Positions 1 through 5,349 of a stretch of 5,349 nt of DNA are shown piece after piece. Within the stretch, counting starts at the first letter, position 1. Every line of letters begins with the position of its first letter. The notes beneath the pieces were generated by a model, which saw only the letters and a program-made list of their open reading frames with translations, made no database searches and was not told where the DNA came from. This stretch comes from Octopus sinensis (Eukaryota). Location of the stretch: the NCBI RefSeq assembly GCF_006345805.1, contig NW_021827804.1:1-5349 (forward strand), read 5' to 3'. Position numbers and translations under genes: made by a program.

Positions 1-1
1 T

Positions 2-3000
2 GAAGCTACCACATTCACATCGACTGAAAAGACTCCAGAAACACACACACAAACAGGCACACCAGAAATGATTACAGCACCTGTCACTGACACAACTGCA
101 CACATTGCATCAACAGCTCAAATTCAAACAGTAACAGAGGAATCAACTTCCCAACTTCCTACAACAACACATCTGATAACACCTACTACTGAAACAACAA
201 CACAATCTGAAGCTGAAGAAATTGCTACAACTCACACTGCAGAACCTCTAACAGCGACAACAAAACTACCATCTCTAACAACTCTTAGCCGAAGAAGTAG
301 ACACATCGATGCCCAACCAATTTCTCTGTCTCCCACATGAGTACACCAACTCAAACCACTATTGCTTCCTCAACTGCATAACATACGACTGTCACTGAAC
401 TGCCACGCACTGACAAAACTACAACTGAAGCTACCACATTCACATCCACTGAAAAGACTCCAAAACAACCACACACAAACAGGCACACCAGAATGATTAC
501 AGCACCTGTCAGTGACGCAACTGCACACATTGCATCAACAACTCAAATTCAAACAGAAACCGACAAGACAACTTCCCAACTTCCTACAACAACACATTTC
601 ATAACACCTACTACTGAAACACAACACAACCTTAGAATTATTACAACTCACACTGCAGAAGAACCTCTACCAGCGACAACAAAACTACCATCTCTATCAA
701 CTCTACGCCGAAGAAGTAGAAAAATCTATGCCCACCACAATTTCTCCTCCCACAGTGGAGTACAGGAAACCAACTCAAACCACTATTGCTCCTCAACTGC
801 AGCATGAACATACGACTGTCACTGAACTGCCACGCACTGACAAAACTCAACTAAAGCTACAACATTCACATCCACTGAAAAGACTCCAGAAACAACCACA
901 CAAACAGGCACACCAGAAATGATTACAGCACCTGTCACGGACACAACTGCACACATTGCATCAACAGCTCAAATTCAAACAGAAACAGAGGTAATCAACT
1001 TCCAACGTCCTACAACAACACATCTTATAACACCTACTACTGAACAACACACAATCTGAAGAAATTGCTACAACTCACAACTGCAGAACCTCTAACAGCG
1101 ACAAACAAAACAACCATCTCTAACAACTCTAGACGAAGAAGTAGAAACATCTATGCCCACCACAATTTCTGCTCCCACAGTGAGTACACCAACTCAAACA
1201 ACTATTGCTTCCCCAACTGCAGAACATACGACTGTCACTGAACAGCCACGAACTGACAAAATTACAACTGAAGCTACCACATTCACATCCACTGAAAAGA
1301 CTCCAGAAACAACCACACAAACAGGCACATCAGAAATGATTACAGCACCTGTCACGGACACGACTGCACACATTGCATCAACAGCTCAAATTCGAACAGA
1401 AACCGACAAGACAACTTCCCAACTTACTACAACAACACATTTCTTAACACCTACTCCTGAAACAACAACACAAATTGAAGAAATTATTACAACTCACACT
1501 GCGGAACCTTTAACAGCGACAACAAAACAACCATCTCTATCAACTCTAGCCGAAGAAGTAGAAACATCTATGCACACCACAATTTCTGCTCCCACAGGGT
1601 CGTACACCAACTCAACCCACTATATGGCTTCCTCAACTCAGAACATACGACTGTCACTGAACTGCCACGCACTGACAAAACTACAACTGAAGCTACCACA
1701 TTCACATCCACTGAAAAGGACTCCAGAAACAACCACACAAACAGCACACCAGAAATGATTACAGCACCTATCACCGACACGTGCAAACTGCACACATTGC
1801 ATCAACAACTACAACTCAAATTCAAAACAAACCGACAAGACAACTTTCCAACTTCCTACACCAACACATTTCATAACACCTACTACTGAAACAAACAACA
1901 ACCTGAAGAAATTATTACAACTCACACTGCAGAACCTCTAACAGCGACAACAAAACTACCATCTCTAACACTCTAGACGAAGAAGAAGAAACATCTATGC
2001 ACACAACAATTTCTGCTCCCACAAGTGAGTACACACCAACTCAAACAACTATTGCTTCCCCAACTGCGAACTACGATTGTCACTGAACTGCCACGCACTG
2101 ACAAAACTACAACTGAAGCTACCACATTCACATCCACTGAAAAGACTCCAGAAACAACCACACAAACAGGCACACCAGACCAAAATGATTACACACCTGT
2201 CCACGGACACAACTGCACACATTTCATCAACAGCTCAAATTCAAACAAAACAGAGGAATCAACTTCCCCACTTCCCTCCAACAACTGGGTCACTTCCTAC
2301 AACAACAACAGTATTATAACACTACAACTGAAACAACAACACAATCTTGAAGAAATTATTACACTCAAACTGCAGAACCTCTAACAGCGACAACAAAACT
2401 ACCATCTCTAACAACCTCTAACCGAAGAATGAGAACCTATGCCCACCACAATTTCTGCTCCCACAGTGAGTACACAACCAACCAAACAACTACTGCTTCC
2501 TCGACTGCAGAACATACGACTGTCACTGAACTGCCACGCACTGACAAAACTACAACTGAAGCTACCACATTCACATCGACTGAAAAGACTCCAGAAACTA
2601 CCACACAACCACACAACAGGCACCATAAATGATAACAGACACTGTCACGGACACAACTTCACACATTGCATCAACAACTCAAATTCAAACAGAAACAAGA
2701 GGATCAACTTCCCAACTTCCACACAACACTCTTATAACACATACTACTGAACAAACACACAATCTGAAGAAATTGCTACAACTCACACTGCCGAACCTCT
2801 AACAGCGACAACAAAACTACCATCTCTACACTCTAGCCGAAGAAGTAGACACATCTATGCCCACCACAATTCTGCTCCCCCAGTGAGTACACCAACTCAC
2901 AAACCACTATTGCTTCCTCAACTGCAGAACATACGACTGTCACTGAACTGCCACGCACTGACAAAACTAAACTGAAGCTACCACATTCACATCCACTGAA

Positions 3001-3661
3001 AAGACTCCAGAAACAACCACACAAACAGGCCACACCAGAATGATTACAGCACCTGTCATTGACGCAACTGCACATATTGCATCAACAACTCAAATTCAAA
3101 CAGAAACCGACAGACAACTTCCCAACTTCCTACAACAACACATCCATAACACCTACTACTGAAACAACAACACAACCTGAAGAAATTCTTACAACTCACA
3201 CTGCAGAACCTCTAACACGCACGAGACAAAACTACCATCTCTAACACCTCTACGTAGACGAAGAAGTAGAAACAATCTCTGCCACCACAATTTCTGCTCC
3301 CACAGTGAGTACACACCAACTCAAACAACTATTGCTTCCCCAACTGCAGAACATACGACTGTCACTGTAACACTAACTACCACTACCACGCACTGACAAA
3401 ACTACAACTGAAGCTAACACATTCACATCCACTAAAAGACTCCAGAAACAACCACACAACAGCACACCCACAAGAAATGATTACAGCGCACCTGTCACGG
3501 ACACAACTGCACACATTGCATCAACAGCTCAATTCAAACAGAAACAGAGGAATCAACTTCCAACTTCCTACAACAACACATCTTATAACACCTACCTACT
3601 GAAACAACACAACATCTGAAGAAATTGCTACACCTCACACTGCAGACCTCTAACAGACAAG
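2..3661 (+). other. Frameshifted copies of the mucin-like repeat CDS (U0-U9); probably sequence-consensus errors, possibly true pseudogenised repeats
   Basis: All + strand track ORFs here are fragments of the same 139-aa repeat or its +1/+2 shifted readings. Indels are mostly 1-4 nt, sit at different positions in each copy, and often fall in A/C runs or ACA stutters. Confidence 0.7.
1105..1596 (+). CDS. Indel-free in-frame segment of the same repeat CDS (second half of U3 plus first half of U4), a diverged copy
   Basis: Frame +1 follows the consensus with no indels from 1105 to 1596. The MPTT/MHTT methionines at 1153 and 1570 are exactly 417 nt apart. This is the core of track ORF 1153..1758. 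Confidence 0.75.
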
Positions 3662-3903
3662 GCGACAACAAAACTACCATCTCTAACAACTCTAGCCGAA
3701 GAAGTAGAAACATCTATGCCCACAACAATTTCTGCTCCCACAGTGAGTACACCAACTCAAACAACTATTGCTTCCTCAACTGCAGAACATACGACTGTCA
3801 CTGAACTGCCACGCACTGACAAAACTACAACTGAAGCTACCACATTCACATCGACTGAAAAGACTCCAGAAACTACCACACAAACAGGCACACCAGAAAT
3901 GAT
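3662..3903 (+). CDS. Upstream continuation of the same repeat CDS in frame +2, separated from the long frame by a single 1-nt deletion
   Basis: GCG-ACA-ACA-AAA-CTA at 3662 through GAA-ATG at 3899 matches the unit consensus without indels. At 3899-3906 the sequence is ATG-AT-ACA instead of ATG-ATT-ACA. This corresponds to track ORF 3716..4009, whose tail is out of frame. Confidence 0.8.
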
Positions 3904-5349
3904 ACAGCACCTGTCACGGACACAACTGCACACATTGCATCAACAACTCAAATTCAAACAGAAACAGAGGAATCAACTTCCCAACTTCCTACAACAACAC
4001 ATCTTATAACACCTACTACTGAAACAACAACACAATCTGAAGAAATTATTACAACTCACACTGCAGAACCTCTAACAGCGACAACAAAACTACCATCTCT
4101 AACAACTCTAGCCGAAGAAGTAGAAACATCTATGCCCACCACAATTTCTGCTCCCACAGTGAGTACACCAACTCAAACCACTATTGCTTCCTCAACTGCA
4201 GAACATACGACTGTCACTGAACTGCCACGCACTGACAAAACTACAACTGAAGCTACCACATTCACATCCACTGAAAAGACTCCAGAAACAACCACACAAA
4301 CAGGCACACCAGAAATGATTACAGCACCTGTCACCGACGCAACTGCACACATTGCATCAACAACTCAAATTCAAACAGAAACCGACAAGACAACTTCCCA
4401 ACTTCCTACAACAACACATTTCATAACACCTACTACTGAAACAACAACACAACCTGAAGAAATTATTACAACTCACACTGCAGAACCTCTAACAGCGACA
4501 ACAAAACTACCATCTCTAACAACTCTAGCCGAAGAAGTAGAAACATCTATGCCCACAACAATTTCTGCTCCCACAGTGAGTACACCAACTCAAACAACTA
4601 TTGCTTCCTCAACTGCAGAACATACGACTGTCACTGAACTGCCACGCACTGACAAAACTACAACTGAAGCTACCACATTCACATCCACTGAAAAGACTCC
4701 AGAAACAACCACACAAACAGGCACACCAGAAATGATTACAGCACCTGTCACGGACACAACTGCACACATTGCATCAACAACTCAAATTCAAACAGAAACC
4801 GACAAGACAACTTCCCAACTTCCTACAACAACACATCTTATAACACCTACTACTGAAACAACAACACAACCTGAAGAAATTATTACAACTCACACTGCAG
4901 AACCTCTAACAGCGACAACAAAACTACCATCTCTAACAACTCTAGCCGAAGAAGTAGAAACATCTATGCCCACAACAATTTCTGCTCCCACAGTGAGTAC
5001 ACCAACTCAAACAACTATTGCTTCCCCAACTGCAGAACATACGACTGTCACTGAACTACCACGCACTGACAAAACTACAACTGAAGCTACCACATTCACA
5101 TCCACTGAAAAGACTCCAGAAACAACCACACAAACAGGCACACCAGAAATGATTACAGCACCTGTCACGGACACAACTGCACACATTGCATCAACAGCTC
5201 AAATTCAAACAGAAACAGAGGAATCAACTTCCCAACTTCCTACAACAACACATATTATAACACCTACTACTGAAACAACAACACAATCTGAAGAAATTAT
5301 TACAACTCACACTGCAGAACCTCTAACAGCGACAACAAAACTACCATCT
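3904..5349 (+). CDS. Mucin-like PTS (Thr/Pro/Ser-rich) tandem-repeat protein, internal fragment; 482 codons, frame +1, incomplete at both ends
   Basis: No stop codon in frame +1 from 3904 to the window end (about 3.5 units). The unit length is a multiple of 3. U11 composition: T52, E14, P12, A11, S9, I8 of 139 (P+T+S about 52%), with no C, W, Y or N. Other frames are repeatedly closed, for example by TGA within ACT-GAA. The composition matches an O-glycosylated mucin domain (established knowledge); the specific gene is not identifiable. Confidence 0.9.

Larger units (their letters stand above)
1..5349 (+). repeat. Coding tandem repeat (VNTR), 417-bp unit, about 12.8 head-to-tail copies, running off both ends of the window
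   Basis: The ATG-ATT-ACA-GCA-CCT motif (degraded in a few copies) recurs at 68, 493, 919, 1336, 1755, 2185, 2629, 3040, 3477, 3899, 4315, 4732 and 5149. Spacing is exactly 417 nt in the clean part (4315, 4732, 5149) and 411-444 nt in the noisy part. U11 and U12 differ at only 6 of 417 positions. Base composition of U11 by hand count: A168, C133, G44, T72 (GC about 42%, strongly G-poor + strand). Confidence 0.99.

Noticed and set aside
41-50. (AC)5 microsatellite
   Set aside because: It is a trivial variant of ACA-ACC-ACA-CAA in the coding repeat and too short to be meaningful.
641-3075. Minus-strand ORFs of 63-80 aa in the track (Val/Cys/Ser/Gly-rich)
   Set aside because: These are antisense shadows of the A/C-rich repeat. 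They differ between copies according to local indels, and sense CTA and TCA codons put stops in the antisense frame of the clean units.
728-3244. Short + strand ORFs with Gln/His/Asn/Leu-rich text (for example LKRLQKQPHKQAHQK, MSLNCHALTK)
   Set aside because: These are out-of-frame readings of the same repeat created by indels, not separate genes.
3361-3392. 13-nt excess in U8 (GTCACTGTAACACTAACTACCACTACCACG)
   Set aside because: It is not a multiple of 3 and consists of local stutter of ACTA/CCACTA, so it is most consistent with read noise.
1-3903. Programmed frameshifting, phase variation or RNA-edited cryptogene as the cause of the frameshifts
   Set aside because: Indels involve all four bases, go in both directions, and fall at different positions in each copy. 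There is no recurring slippery site, long homopolymer or single-base editing pattern.
1-5349. CRISPR-like or other repeat-spacer array
   Set aside because: Units are contiguous and similar along their full 417 bp. There are no unique spacers and no short palindromic repeat.
1-5349. Non-coding satellite DNA or transposon-derived array
   Set aside because: The unit is a multiple of 3, one frame stays open for 482 codons, and the two half-units differ at synonymous sites. I see no terminal repeats or transposase/RT motifs.
1-5349. Assignment to a named mucin gene or to a taxon
   Set aside because: The window contains only low-complexity repeat with no diagnostic domain, and I do not recognise the unit. 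A database search is required.

Overview
The whole window is a single tandem array of a 417-bp unit (about 12.8 copies). On the + strand each unit encodes a 139-aa Thr/Pro/Ser-rich, acidic, mucin-type (PTS) repeat: MITAPVTDATAHIASTTQIQTETDKTTSQLPTTTHFITPTTETTTQPEEIITTHTAEPLTATTKLPSLTTLAEEVETSMPTTISAPTVSTPTQTTIASSTAEHTTVTELPRTDKTTTEATTFTSTEKTPETTTQTGTPE. Positions 3904-5349 form an uninterrupted 482-codon reading frame that the ORF track misses because it runs off the window. Positions 1-3661 carry the same repeat broken by many small, non-recurrent indels, which look more like an unpolished long-read consensus than a real pseudogene. This is most likely an internal piece of a very large exon of a secreted or cell-surface O-glycoprotein. 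No start, stop, signal peptide or folded domain is visible, so neither gene nor taxon can be named. I found no RNA genes, mobile elements or CRISPR arrays, and no support for a new multi-gene system. The interesting structure is inside the repeat: an ancient internal duplication of the unit, two unit types arranged with 3-unit periodicity, chimeric units, one diverged indel-free copy, and a repeated splice-site-like motif. Units are numbered by their ATG-ATT start: U0 (partial, 1-67), U1=68, U2=493, U3=919, U4=1336, U5=1755, U6=2185, U7=2629, U8=3040, U9=3477, U10=3899, U11=4315, U12=4732, U13=5149.
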